From the human T2T-CHM13v2.0 reference genome, Homo sapiens, in NCBI RefSeq assembly GCF_009914755.1, contig NC_060928.1: a stretch of 64,000 nucleotides of DNA. One strand, given 5' to 3'. The notes under the pieces are model-generated. The model had not been told where the DNA came from and ran no database searches. It saw nothing but the letters and a program-made list of their open reading frames with translations. The position numbers were made by a program, and so were the translations under genes. Of this stretch, positions 15,809-28,400 are shown in pieces (positions within the stretch are counted from its first letter, which is position 1; each line of letters begins with the position of its first letter).

Positions 15809-16606
15809 GATTGATTGAATGATTGATTGATTGATTTCAGTAGATTTTGGGGAACAGGTGGTGTTTGGTTACATGGATAAGTTCTTTCGTGGTGATTTCT
15901 GTGATTTTTGTGCACCCGTCACCCAAGCAGTGTACACTGTACCCAAGGTGTAATTTTTTATTCCTCACCCTCCTCCCACCCTTCTGCACAAATCCCCAGA
16001 GTCCTTTATAACATTCTTACGGCTTTGCGTTCTCATGGCTTAACTCCCACTTTTAAGTGAGAACATATGATGTTTGGTTTTCCATTCCCGAGTCACTTCA
16101 CTTGGAATAATGGTCTCCAAATCCGGGTTGCTGCCAATACCATTATTTCATTCCTTTTTATGGCTGAGTAGTATTCCATGGTATGTATATACATATGTAC
16201 ATAAATATATATATATAAAATATATATATATACACACACATGCACATACACACACACACATGCATGCATACTACATTTTCCTTATCTACTTTTTGGTTGA
16301 TGGGCACTTAGGCTGGTTCTATATTTTTGCAATTTTGAATTGTTGCCGCTATAAACATGTGTATTCAAGTGTCTTTTTCATATAATGACTTCTTTTCCTC
16401 TGGGTAGATACCCAGTACTAGTATTACCAGATCAAATGCTAGTTCTACTTTTAGTTCCTTAAGGAATCTCCATACTGTTTTCCATAGTGGCTGCACTAGT
16501 TTACATTCCCATCAGCAGTGTAGAAGTGTTCCCTTTTCACCACATACATGACAACATCTATTTTTTTATCTTTTAATTATAGCCATTATTGCACGAGTAA
16601 GGTGGT
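15809..16606 (-). mobile_element. L1PB 3' UTR and ORF2 end (non-inverted segment); tail decayed to (TGAT)n
   Basis: ggggaacaggtggtgtttggttacatggataagttcttt is typical of an antisense L1PB1-type 3' end. Confidence 0.85.
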
Positions 16607-17906
16607 GTGATCATCTTCAATAGACATAGAAAAAGCATTTGACAAAATCCTTTATCCATTTATGATTAAAACCCTCAGCAAAATCAGCATAGAAGAGACA
16701 TACCTTAAGGTTAAAAAAGGCCATCTATGACAAACCTACAGCCAACTGAACAGGGAAAAGATGAAAGTATTCCCTCTGAGAATTGGAACGAGACAAGGAT
16801 GCCTACTTTCACCACATCTATTCAACATAGTACTGAAAGTCCTAGTCAGAGCAATCAGATAAGAGAAAGAAATAAAGGGCATCCAAATCTATAAAGGGGA
16901 AGTCACACTGTCATTGTTTGCCAATGATATGATGTTTATACCTAGAAAACCCTAAAGACTCACCCAACAAGCTCTTAGATCTGATAAATGAATTCCATAA
17001 AGTTTCAGGATACAAAATCAGTGTACAAAAATCAGTAGCACTGCTATACACGAACGTGACCAAGCTGAGAATCAAAATCAAGAACTTAACCACATTTATA
17101 ACAGCTGCAAAAATAAAATCAAATACTTAGGAATATACCTAACCAAGGAGGTAAAAGGTCTCTACAAAAAAAAACTACAAAAACTTGCTGAAAGAAATCA
17201 CAGATAATACAAACAAATGGAAATACAACCCATGATTGTGGATGGGTAGAATCAATATTGTAAAAATGACCATAATGCCAAAAACAATCTGTAAATTCAA
17301 TGCAATTCCCATCAATATACCATCAGAATTCTTCACGGAACTAGGAACAAGCAAACCTAAAATTCATATAAATCCAAAAAAGAGCCTGCATAGCCAATGC
17401 AAGACTAAGCACAAAGAACAAATAGGGAGACATCACATGACCTGACTTCAAACTATGCTACAAGGCTATAGTTACCAAAACAGCATGGTACTGCTATAAA
17501 AACATAGACCAATGGAAGAGAATAGAGAACCCAGAAATAAAGCCAAAAACAGCCAAGAGATCTTTAGCAAAGCAAATAAATAAATAATAAAGTGGGTAAA
17601 AGACACTGAATTCAACAAATGGTGCTGGGATCATTGGCAAGCCACATGCAGAAGAATGAAGCTGGATCCTCATTTCTCACCTTATACAAAAATCAACTCA
17701 ATATGTAGTAAAGATTTACATTTAAGACCAGAAGCGATAAACATTTTAAAAGATAACTTTGGAAAAACTCTTCTAAACAGTGGCTTAGGCAAAGAGTTGA
17801 TGACCAAGAACCCAAAAGCAAATGCAGCATAAACAAGGATAAATAGATGGGACTTAATTAAACTGAGAGGCTGTGCACAGCAAAAGAAATAATTGGCAGA
17901 ATAAAC
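16607..17906 (+). mobile_element. L1 ORF2 RT-to-C-terminal segment, inverted relative to the 3' piece
   Basis: Decayed peptides [27 protein letters not shown] and FNAIPI read on the + strand. Confidence 0.92.
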
Positions 17907-18334
17907 AAACTTTTGAAGCATTGACACGATTCCACAATTGGGAAATTCCACACTTGACCTCATGTGATGGATCATAGTCAAAATGCAGACGCATAACACA
18001 ATTCATTCAGCTTCCACAGGGGAAAAAGTCCTTCCCACACTCCTTCAGCTGTGATAATATCTTTTCTGTACAAGGCCAGGTTCCCCAACCCAAGCAGGCC
18101 AACAGAGGGTCATGAAATAAAAACTTTGTTTTAGGCACAAAGTTATTTAAAATGTTGTATAAAATCACCTTCAGGCTATGTGTATAAGGTGTATATGAAA
18201 CATAAATGCATTTTATGTTTAGACTTGGGCTCCATCTCTAAGATCTCTCATTATATATGCAAATATTCACTAATCTGAAAAAAATCCAGAACACTTCTGG
18301 TTCCAAGCATTTCAGATAAGATATACGCAACCTG
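17906..18334 (+). mobile_element. Tigger4/Tigger4b remainder
   Basis: aaacttttgaagcattgacacg...tataaaatcaccttcaggctatg...ccaagcatttcagataag...caacctg followed by TA. Confidence 0.85.
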
Positions 18335-18604
18335 TATTAGAGTAGTATCATGCAGTTTTCATGACACAGAATTTGGAGGCTTACATGGTTAAGCAAAGAG
18401 TAAGTGTAGAAAGAGATTTAAAAGTCAGGCTCTGCCTAACTCCAGAGTTCTTAAAAGCTTGCCCCTAGTTCCAGAGTCTATCAAGGAAGGCTTAACAAAA
18501 CGTTTCTCTTCTAATTATGTCCATATTTTTCTTCCAATGAATAATAAATATTTTAATAGAAATCTCATATTATTTTGTATTCAGTGATAAAAATAAATAG
18601 CTAA

Positions 18605-19071
18605 TGTGATGATTAATTATATGTGTTAGTTTTACTGAGGCAAGGAGGCTCAGATTATCATTTTTTAATGTGTCTGTGAGGGTGGTTGGTTATGAGATTA
18701 CCATTTGAATCAGTGGACTCTGTAGATTGCCCTACTCAATGCAGGTGGCCATCATTTAATCCCGTGGGAGCCTGAATAAAACAAAAGGCAGAGGAAAAAG
18801 AAATTCACTTTTTTTGCTTTCTGCCTGTCTACTTGAGCTGGACATATGTCTTTTCCTGCCCTTGGAATAGGATCGACACCGTTGGTTCTCCTGGTTCACA
18901 GACTTTGGGACATGAATGGGAATTTTACCACCAGCTATCCCGGGTTTGCAGTTGACAAATGGCAAATTGTGGGACTTCTCATCCTCCATAATTGAGAAAA
19001 TTTCTCATAATAAATCTCTTCATATGTACCTGCTATTGGTTCCATTTCTCCTGAGAACCCCAACTAATACA
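18605..19071 (+). mobile_element. MLT2 (ERVL) solo LTR, MLT2C/D-like
   Basis: tgtgatgattaatt...gtgtctgtgaggg...gagaaccccaactaataca. Confidence 0.85.
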
Positions 19072-19186
19072 CTAATAAACTCTTGCCAAGTAAAGATTCT
19101 GATAGAGGTATCCCTGGTAAGTGGGAAGACTTATTGGACAGCTGTACTTTTTAAGTTGCTAGTAAGTCATATGCAGTGGCTGTATA

Positions 19187-19290
19187 CTCAGTGTCAACAT
19201 ATATCCAGGTTTTCCTGGGACTGTCCTGACTTATTTCTGTTGTTGTCCTGGCATATCAATGAATAGCACCCCCTTTTACTTTCAAAATAT
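19187..19290 (+). mobile_element. MER96-like hAT fragment
   Basis: ccaggttttcctgggactgtcc...tgttgtcctggc...aatagcaccccc...tcaaaa. Confidence 0.6.
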
Positions 19291-19627
19291 ACTCATAAAC
19301 ATGTACATCCCTTCCTAGTGTTAGACCATGAAATGTTATGAGCAACCTATTGGTATGGTTTTCTAAATGTCTTGAATGATTATTCTGCCTCATTTATGCA
19401 ACAGAAAATATACTATTTTTCTGCAGCATGCTAGCAACTCCTATAGACAGAGCATTCATAGTTGAATGGGCAAGTGTGTAAACAATGGCAATGCACATGA
19501 AAAGGACTAGGAGGGAAGAGAAAGCCAGATCTCAAACTTGTTCACTTATTTCCACATCTACAGCTGGCATTATTGTCCAATCCACCTTCATCTTTCATGG
19601 GGACCATCGCATTAATTCCTAAGTAGG

Positions 19628-20025
19628 TGCAAAGTATTGATCCTGGGTGTGTCGTGAGGGTGTTGTCAAAAGAAGTTAACATTTGAGTCAGTGGACTAGG
19701 AAAGGCAAACCCACCCTTAATCTGGGTAGGCACCATGTAGTCAGCTGGCAGTACAGCTAGAATATAAAGCAGGCAGAAAAACGTGAAAAGGCTAGACTGA
19801 GTTAGCCTCCCAGCTTTCATCTTTCTCTTGTGCTGGATGCTTCCTGCCCTCAAACATCAGACTCCAAGTTCTTCAGCTCTGGGACTCTGACTGGCTTCCC
19901 TGCTCCTCAGTTTGCAGATGGCCTATTGTGGGACTTTGTGATGGTGTGAATTAATACTACTTAATAAACTCCTCTTTATATACATCCCATTAGTTCTGTC
20001 CCCCTAGAGAACCCTGACTAATACA
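19628..20025 (+). mobile_element. MLT2A1/A2 (HERVL) solo LTR lacking its first ~40 bp, inside an L2
   Basis: tgcaaagtattgatcctgggtgtg...cccttaatctgggtaggcacc...gagaaccctgactaataca; flanked by GTAGG at 19623-19627 and 20026-20030. Confidence 0.9.
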
Positions 20026-20127
20026 GTAGGTAACCCACTTCTCCTGCTTTTAGCTGTTAGCGTGCTGCAGCCAAGATGAGCATTTTAGAAACAAACTGGA
20101 TCTTATCCTCTTGTGAGATTAAATGAA

Positions 20128-20690
20128 TGTATAAGCCCAGATGCTCTAGAAAACAGACTTTGACCAAAGCTTATGTGCTAAGACTGTATTGAAGAGTTAA
20201 ATGCCAAGAAAGAAGAAGTGATGGAAAAGGAAAGCAAAACAGGGAAGGAGGGAGAGGAAATGGGAGGAGATGTGCTCCTGCCAACTTGCCACTCCTAGGT
20301 ATTATGGTGATTGACTGCTCAATTTCATGGAACAATCTCCTAAGGGGCCCTGTGCAGTACTATGTCTCAGGGCAATCTGTGGATAGTGGTGGGGGCAGTG
20401 GGGGTGAAAAGACTTTGTCTACTATCTTCTTCCACTGAGGATCTTTGCTTCTCAGCATTATATCTCCCCCACACTTCCAGGTTAAGCAACTAGGGGAGCC
20501 TCATGGTTCCTGAAATGATTATATAGGTCTCTTCAGCCACAGTAAGAAAATAAAACATGGTGCTGGAGGGGGAGAGATATAACACCAAGGCAAGAGGCAA
20601 GGTACAATTCAGTTGTACTCCAGCAAATTTGGTTTGGTGGGGATCAGAATTAAGGTGAAAGGTGTGGCCCAGAGCAGTCTCAGATACAAG
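20128..20690 (-). mobile_element. Old ERVL LTR (LTR33-like)
   Basis: ctagaaaacagactttgaccaaagcttatgtgcta...cagggaaggagggagag resembles the antisense LTR33 family. Confidence 0.5.
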
Positions 20691-21287
20691 GAGGCTGAGA
20701 AAATCTAAAGCAGTGTAAAATAATGCAAAATCTGAAATGGTGTAAAAAGAGGTTTTGACACAATAAGGTAATATTGAGTGCCTAGAAGCATGCCTGTCAT
20801 ATTGAAAGCACAAAACAAATGTTACTGATCTATTATTTAGTGTTCTTATTGGTGAAATATTTGAAATAGGAGAGTGATGGTTATAAATACATTATAAATA
20901 CTGTTCAGCTGACATATGGAGGTTTCTTGTATTCATAAAGAGTGCTTACTAATTCATTGGTTCTGAACAAGTATCTCATTTGTTATTGGGTCAGTAAGGA
21001 CAGTGATGAATAATCAAACATGACCCCTATCTCCACGAGAAGACGGAGTTAAACATAAATCAAGTATATGATTATGAATTAAATCATGACTGAGTTAAGG
21101 AAATATAGTGTCCCCTAGGAACACATAGAAAGGGCATCTGACCTAGTTTTGAGGAGAGATGATCAAGAGATGATCAGAAATGACAATGTAGCCAAGAGAC
21201 AAGGAAGAGAAAGGGCATCAAGGGTAGATGATTGCATGGACATGAGGGTTAATTTTGTGTTAACTTGGATAGGCTGTGGTTACAGCC

Positions 21288-21452
21288 ATAAGAACTCACT
21301 CCTTACAAGAACAGTACCAAGAGGATGGCACTAAACCATTTGTGAGAAAACCACCCCCATGATCAAATCACCTCCCACCAGGCCCCAAACCCAACATTGG
21401 GGATTGCAATTCAACATGAGATTTTGGTGGGGCACAGATCCAAACCATATCA
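21288..21452 (-). mobile_element. MST (MSTB-like) LTR 5' fragment
   Basis: cccccatgatcaaatcacctcccaccaggcccc...caacatgagattttggtggggcacagatccaaaccatatca. Confidence 0.85.
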
Positions 21453-22221
21453 GTTATCCCTCTAATTCTTGTATGTTTAACTTCTCCCTCTCTACTTGAT
21501 TATCTATAAGCATATACAAAAAACACTTTAGTGTTTCCCATTAAGGATGGAAGAGGAAGAGGAGGGGTTATCTCTGTATGAATTATTTCTGCAGCCGTCT
21601 GCTGCTCTTTCTTCTGTCTTCTCTCCTTCAAATAGTATACTCCTCATAACTGTGACATAATCTCTCTATAGCTGGGATAATAACTAAATTAATTCATCCT
21701 TGATCCAGTCATTAAACATTTACATTTGTGAGACACTACTTAGTTTTCAGATACATGGTAATTAAGATAGCAAGTAATGAAGACAACCTTATAGTCTTAA
21801 AATATAAAATGACATCTGCAGCAAGGTGTATCGTCTGTTCACTTCTGGAATTCATTATTAGGAAGTCCACTAGCCCACAGATACTAAACACAGTCTCTAA
21901 AATCAGATTTTTCTGTAATAAATACTATAGGCTACAGCTGCCTGGCTCTTTTCTCCCATTTCTTGAAGGTAAGAGAGATGTGCTAACTTTGGTTCTTTCA
22001 TAGAATCGCTAATGCACAAAACCTACCAACAACCACCACATCTTATGAAAGATTTTTAGCCATGGATTCCTCTACAAACAGAAACATTTTTCTGTAATTT
22101 ACTGGGTTCTTAGAACCGTGTCCCTGACCAAAAATATTACTCCAACTGATCCAGAAATAAACATAATAATTCTAATATGTTTAACACTTTGATATGATTT
22201 CACTAAAATGTAAAATCATGT

Positions 22222-24519
22222 TGATGTGGTTTGGCTGTGTCCCCATGCAAATCTCACCTTAAATTATAATAATCCCCACATGTCGAGTGCAAGGCCAGGT
22301 GGAGATCGTTGAGGAATGGGGGCAGTTTTCCTCATACTGTTCTCACGGTAGTGAATAAGTCTCTTGAGGTCTGATGGTTTTATAAACGGGAGTTCCCCTG
22401 CACAAGCTCTCTCTTGCCTACTGCCATGTAAGACATACCTTTGCTCTTCCTCCACCTTCCACCATGATGGTGAGGCTTCCCTAGCCATGCTGAACTCTGA
22501 GTCCATTAAACATCTTTCCTTTACAAATTACCTAGTCTTGGGTATGTCTTTATTAGCAGTGTGAGAACAGACTAATACAGTAAATTGGTACCAGAAGTGG
22601 GTCACTACTATAAAGACACCTGAAAATGGGGAAGCTACTTTGGAACTGGATAATAAGCAGAGGTTGGAACAGTTTGGAGGGCTCAGAAGAAGACAGGAAA
22701 ATGTGGGAAAGTATGCAACTCCCTAAAGACTTGGAGGGTTCAGAAGACAGGAAGACGTGGGAAAGTTTGGAACTTCCTAGAGACTTGTTGAATGGCTTTG
22801 ACCAAAATGCTGATAGTGATATGGACAATAAAATCCACGTTGTAGTGGTCTCAAATGGAGATGAGAAACTTCTTGGGCACTGGAGTAAATGTCACTCTCG
22901 CTATGCAAAGATACTGGTGTCATTTTGCACCTGCCTTAGAGATCTGTGGAATTTTGAACTTCAGAGAAATTATTTAGGGTATTTGGCAGAAAAAATTTCT
23001 AAGCAGCAAAGCATTCAAGAGGTGACAGAGCATAAAAGTTTAGAAAATTTGCAGCCTGATGATGAGAGAGAAAAGAAAATCCCATTTTCTGAATAGAAAT
23101 TCAAGCATGCTGCAGAAATCTGCATAAGTAATGAGGAGCCAAATGTTAATTGCCAAGGCAATGGGGAAAATGTCTAAAGGGCATGCATGTCAAAGACCCT
23201 CACAGAAGCCCTTCCCACCACAGGCCTGGAGGCCTAGGAGGAAAAAAATGGTTTCATGGGCCAGGCCGAGGGGTCCCCTGCTCTGTGCAGCCTAGAGACT
23301 GGGTGCCTTGCATCCCAGCTGCTCCAGCCATGGCTAAAAGGGGCCAAGATAAAGCTCAGGCCATGGCTTCAGAGGATGCAAGCCCCAAGCCTTGGCAGCT
23401 TACACATGCTGTTGGGCCTGTGGGTACACAGAAGTCAAGAACTGAGGTTTGGAAACCTAGATTTCAGAGGATGTATGGAAATGCCTGGATATCCAGGCAG
23501 AATTTTGCTGCAGGGGCAAGGCCCTCATAGAGAACATCTGCTAGGGCAGTGCAGAAGAGAAATGTGGGTTTAGCCCCCACACAGAGTCCCCACTGGCACA
23601 CACTGTCTAGTGGAGCTGTGAAAAGAGGCCCACCGTCCTCCAAACCCTAAAATGGTAGATCCACTGAGAGCTTGTAAAATGTACCTGGAAAAGCTGAAGA
23701 CACTTAACACCAGCTAATGAAAGCAATGGGGAAAAGGGCTGTACCTTGCAAAGCCACAGAGGCAGAGCTGCCCAAGGCTTTAGGAGCCCACCTCTTGCAT
23801 CAGCATGACCTGGAGGTGAGACACGGAGTCAAAGGATATCATTTTGGAGCTTTAAGATTTGACTGCCCTGCTGCATTTCAGATTTGCAGAGGGCCTGAAG
23901 CCCCTTTGTTTTGGCCAATTTCTCCGATTTGGAATGAGTATATTTACCCAATGCCTGTACCCCCATTGTATCTAGGAAGTAACTAACTTGCTTTTGATTT
24001 TTCAGGCTCAAAGGTGGAAGGGACTTGCCTTGTCTCAGATGAGATTTGGACTGTGAACTTTTGAGTTAACGCTGAAATGAGTTAAAATTTTGGGGAACTG
24101 TTGGAAAGACATGATTGGTTTTGAAATGTGAGGACATGAGATTTGGGAGGGAGCAGGGGTGGAATAAAATGGTTTGGCTGTGTTCCCACCCAAATCTCAC
24201 CTTGAATTATAATAATCTTCACATGTCAAGGACAGGACCAGGTGGAGATAATTAAATTATGGGGGCAGTTTCTCCCATACTGTTCTCGTGGTAGTAAATA
24301 AGTCTCATGAGATCTGGTGGTTTTATAAATAGGAGTTTCCCTGCACAAGTTCTCTCTTGCCCACTGCCATGTAAGACTTGACTTTGTTCTTCCTTCATCT
24401 TTCGCTATGATCGTGAGGCTCTCCAGTCATGCTGAAGTATGAGTTTGTTAAACCTTTCCTTTATAAATTATGTAGTCTTGGGTATGTATTTATTAGCAGT
24501 GTGAGAACAGACTAATACA
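22222..24519 (+). mobile_element. Complete THE1C-type MaLR provirus: 5' LTR 22222-22579, internal 22580-24164, 3' LTR 24165-24519
   Basis: Two related ~355-bp LTRs ending gagaacagactaataca; interior starts gtaaattggtacc and ends in a purine tract gggagggagcaggggtggaa; possible TSD CATGT, whose right copy overlaps the terminal CA. Confidence 0.95.
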
Positions 24520-24629
24520 TGTGCCAATGTTTTTAGCTATTCATCTATTATCATATTCATTTCCTTAGTTAACACATATTATTGATTGTTTTAAGGATAG
24601 AGCTGGATGAGCTCCATGCCTTTGAATTA

Positions 24630-25096
24630 CAGTAGTGCCCCCTTATCCTTGGGGAATACATTTAAAGACCCTTAGTGGATACCTGAAACCACAGATAGTA
24701 CCAAACCCTGCATATTGTATAATTTTCCCATACATACATACCAATGATAAAGTTTAATCTATAAATTTGCCACAGTAAAAGATTACCAACAATAACTAAT
24801 AATAAAATAGAACAATGATAACAATATACTGTAATAATAGTTATATAAATGCGGTCTCTCTCTTTCTCAAAATATCTTATTGTACTGTATTACCCTTCTT
24901 CTTGTGATGATGTGAGATAGTAAAATGCCCATGTCCTGAGATGAAGCGGGATGAATGACACGGGCATTGTGATGTAGCATTTAAAACTTATAAATTGTTT
25001 GTTTCCGGAATTTTTTATTTAATATTTTCAGGCCATAGTTGACCATGAGTAACCAAAACCATGGAAAGTGAAACCATGGATAAGGAGGGGCCACTG
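24630..25096 (+). mobile_element. MER44-type TcMar-Tigger element
   Basis: TIRs cagtagtgcccccttatcc / ggataaggaggggccactg with TA on both sides. Confidence 0.92.
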
Positions 25097-25489
25097 TACT
25101 ATTTATGTGGGAGAAAGACAAGTATTTGTTATCATTTAGTGAGAAACACACAGTATAAGGAATAGTTTATGAAAGGATAACCAGATCAGGGCAGAAATGC
25201 TCCTAAATTTGACTCATGGAGGCTCCTTAGAGAAGTTATATGTGGGTTAAAAACAAACCGAAAAAGGTTTTAAAGTGAAAATGCTAAAGAAAATATGACA
25301 TTCATATCCTAGATCCGATTATTTTATTAGGTTGAGGGACCCAGATAAAATGATATCCAATATGGAGTCATTCTGGTGAGGAGGTAAGTAGCAAGGTCAA
25401 CAGAACAAAGACTGCTCAAATAATCCACCTAAGGAGATATCAGTCCTATAATGTGGACTGAGCTCACAACATGGACATCACATATCTTT

Positions 25490-26060
25490 TTACTCCTCAA
25501 CAGCCTTGTAATTTAGGTCCTCTTATTATTACCTGCATTTTTAACAGATGAGTAAATTAAGGTTCAATCTGATTGAGTAACTTTCCCAAGTTTCCAACGT
25601 CAGAAGGCAGTGGAGCCAGGTAGGATCGTTAATTTTATGTGTCAACTTGACTGGGCCACAGGATGTCCAGCAAACTGGTTAAACATTATCTCTGGGTGTG
25701 TCTGTGAGAGTGTTTCCAGAAGAGTTTAGCCTTTGAATAGGTGGACTGAGTAAAGCAGATGGTCCTCCCCAATGTAGTTGGGCATCTTGCAATCCATTGA
25801 GAGCCTGAAGAGAGCAAAAAGATGTAAGAAAGGTGGATTTGCTCTCTGCCTGACAGCATGAACTGGGATATCAATCTTCTGTCCTGGGTGCTCGTGCTCC
25901 TCATTCTCAGACCTTCAGACTTACTGGAATCTACACCATTGGCTCTCCGGCTCTCAGACCTTAACACTATACCACCTGCTTTCTCTGGAGAACTCTGACT
26001 AATACATCAGGATTCAAACTGAGACAATCTAACTTCAACACTGTTTTCCTGACAGTCACT
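25490..26060 (-). mobile_element. MIR split by an MLT2 LTR
   Basis: ttttaacagatgagtaaattaagg...gtaactttcccaag...ggagccagg [LTR] tcaggattcaaac. Confidence 0.7.
25621..26006 (+). mobile_element. MLT2 (MLT2D-like) solo LTR
   Basis: gttaattttatgtgtcaacttgactgggccac...ggagaactctgactaataca; 5-bp TSD CCAGG/TCAGG. Confidence 0.9.
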
Positions 26061-28169
26061 CCACAGTGTGTCAAGCAGCAGCCAGGGTGGAGTTTCCAAA
26101 GGGTGAAAGGAGTTCAGGCAATAATGCAGCAGGAAGATTCAGGGAAAGACGAAGAGAGGATGAGTAGAATCTGGCAGTCAAAGGCAATAGGCCTTGTCTT
26201 CAGGGGCTGGGGCAACACTAGAAGGGCAATGATTTACCTTCCCAGAACATACCCAGAAGTGATGTGGCTTAGGAGCAGTCTGGCAGCTGAGGATTCCTGA
26301 TAACTATGGAATTGGGATACCTACTAACTTTCCATCAGCTTCCCTATCCAGACAAAAGTACAAAACTTCTTCACTGGATATTAGAGAAAAGTCTACAAGA
26401 CAAACTCTTAAAACCTCTTGGATTTCAACAAACTTCGCCCAAGTGATAAGTTTCAGCTGTTTTTCCAAGTTAAAATCCAATTCTCACCCTTTAAATTTTT
26501 CCTTGAGGCTATAAAGTACATTTGGAAAACAACATTAATATGGAGGAAATTGCTACTTGTAGGGTTACAGAGCTCTTGTTTGGATCATTTTATTGCCTTG
26601 TCAGTAAAACTTTAAAAACTCGGTGATATATTTACTTTAAAATATTCTAAACTTTCCAACATTGATGATTCTGTAAACTTTGTACAGAATATCCTGATTT
26701 ATATATTGGTTTATTTGCTGTTGAAAAACTTATTTTTAAAAGTGAACAACACCACTTTGAATTTTTAAGCTCTTATTTTAAGTGGTACAAGTATTTTTTG
26801 CTTTTTAATGGCAATTTAATGTTAGTTTTTCTGAATTTCTCAAATGCATTATGGAAATCCCCTTCACTGCAGCTATGACTCATTCATTTTTAATTGTATA
26901 CTGATATTGCTTAACTTCCTCTAAATTTTGGCAGTTTTCTAACATTCAGTGCAGCAATCTTTTCTTGAGAAAAAAATATTTACTCCAAAGTGAAAACAGG
27001 TTTCTCTGTGTGTGTTCTAATATATTTGTCACTTTCCAGTTCTAGAATATTTTGACATTGAAAGTCCATTTGGCCTTTATAGAAGGTTTTGAAATAGCTA
27101 TCATGTTTGAGCACTATTCCTCCAAATCTGTGAGCTAGTCTTTGTTTAGAATTTTGCTTTCTGTAAATACTGATATAAGGAAGAAAACAACATCAAGCTA
27201 AGTTGGAGATACATATTTGGATTGTGAATGGATTTATGGGGGTTACTAGCATATATACAGAAATACGAAGCTGGGAGCTGAACAAACAAATAAGCCTGAA
27301 TGAGTGTGTAGATATCAATATGTTCACTTTTAAAATGAAAAGATTCAGATTAAGAGAGGTTAAGAGGCATGTCCAAGATTACACAAGGATAAATAAAACC
27401 TGCTTCTTTCAGGATCCAAGACTCATGCTGATGCTACTATTCCACATTGACTCCATACTTTGGCATTTCTGAATGAATTCCATTCATTGAAAAGGATATG
27501 AGGAGGAAAAAGTAGAAATAGGAGAGTGATTAAATATTTCTGTGGCTTTGAGACAATAAACCAATCATGCTTTAGTCAGCCATTTTCCTGCCTCCCACCC
27601 AGCTTGGAAAATTTGGTAAGACAATAAAGTATTTTTTATTCCAGTAATTCTGCAAATTGTTTAAAGAACCAAAGAACAAATAAAAAATAAATATAAGATA
27701 TGACCCCTGATCTGAGTGAATATGCAATATAGATAGAAGGAAAATATGCATGTAAACAAAGGAAATAATGATTTTATAAAGCCATATATTAGTAAGAGCA
27801 ATTAAGCATGTAAATAAGCATGAAAATGCTGGACCAGGTCATAGGGATGAAGATGGGAATAGACTTTAATTGTAATCAGATGTACTACTCATGAAAGATT
27901 ACTTAAAAGAGAATAACTTTAACCAAATTTCAAAAAGAAAAGAAATAAGTGGGGAAAAGATGACAGGACAAGCTGGAATTCAAGGAGTGATGAGCTTAGC
28001 TTGACTTGAGTGAAGGAAAATAGAACTGGGAAAAATTATAGAGTGGAAAGGAGCAGAAACATTTGGAATTGGTAAAAAAAAATTAAATTCTGGATTTAAA
28101 AGTTTAATTTGATCATGAAAGCTACAAAGATGATCAATTAATGATAAGACTTTTAAAGATTGTGTCCTT

Positions 28170-28400
28170 TAGAGTACCTCCAATGCAAAAAGTCTCAAAT
28201 CAGGCACATGACCTTCCATTTTTCTATCAGTTCTATCTTAGTTCCACATACCAGGAGACTGAGTCATCTGTAACTGCTCCCTCTTGCTCACCCTACCTCC
28301 CCCAATAAAATTTATACCAAATTCTGGCAATTTTACTTTCTAGATATCTGTTAAGTGCATCCAGTCCTCTCCATTGCTTTAACCACAATTCTAATACAAG
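28170..28400 (+). mobile_element. L2, left part of the host of the HERV-H insertion
   Basis: gagtcatc...ccctcttgctcacc...accaaattctggcaattttac...ctaatacaag; continues at 31963. Confidence 0.7.

Noticed and set aside
22626-23986. THE1 internal ORFs as a domesticated gene
   Set aside because: The MaLR ORF is split by stops and frameshifts, and the pieces lack evidence of selection
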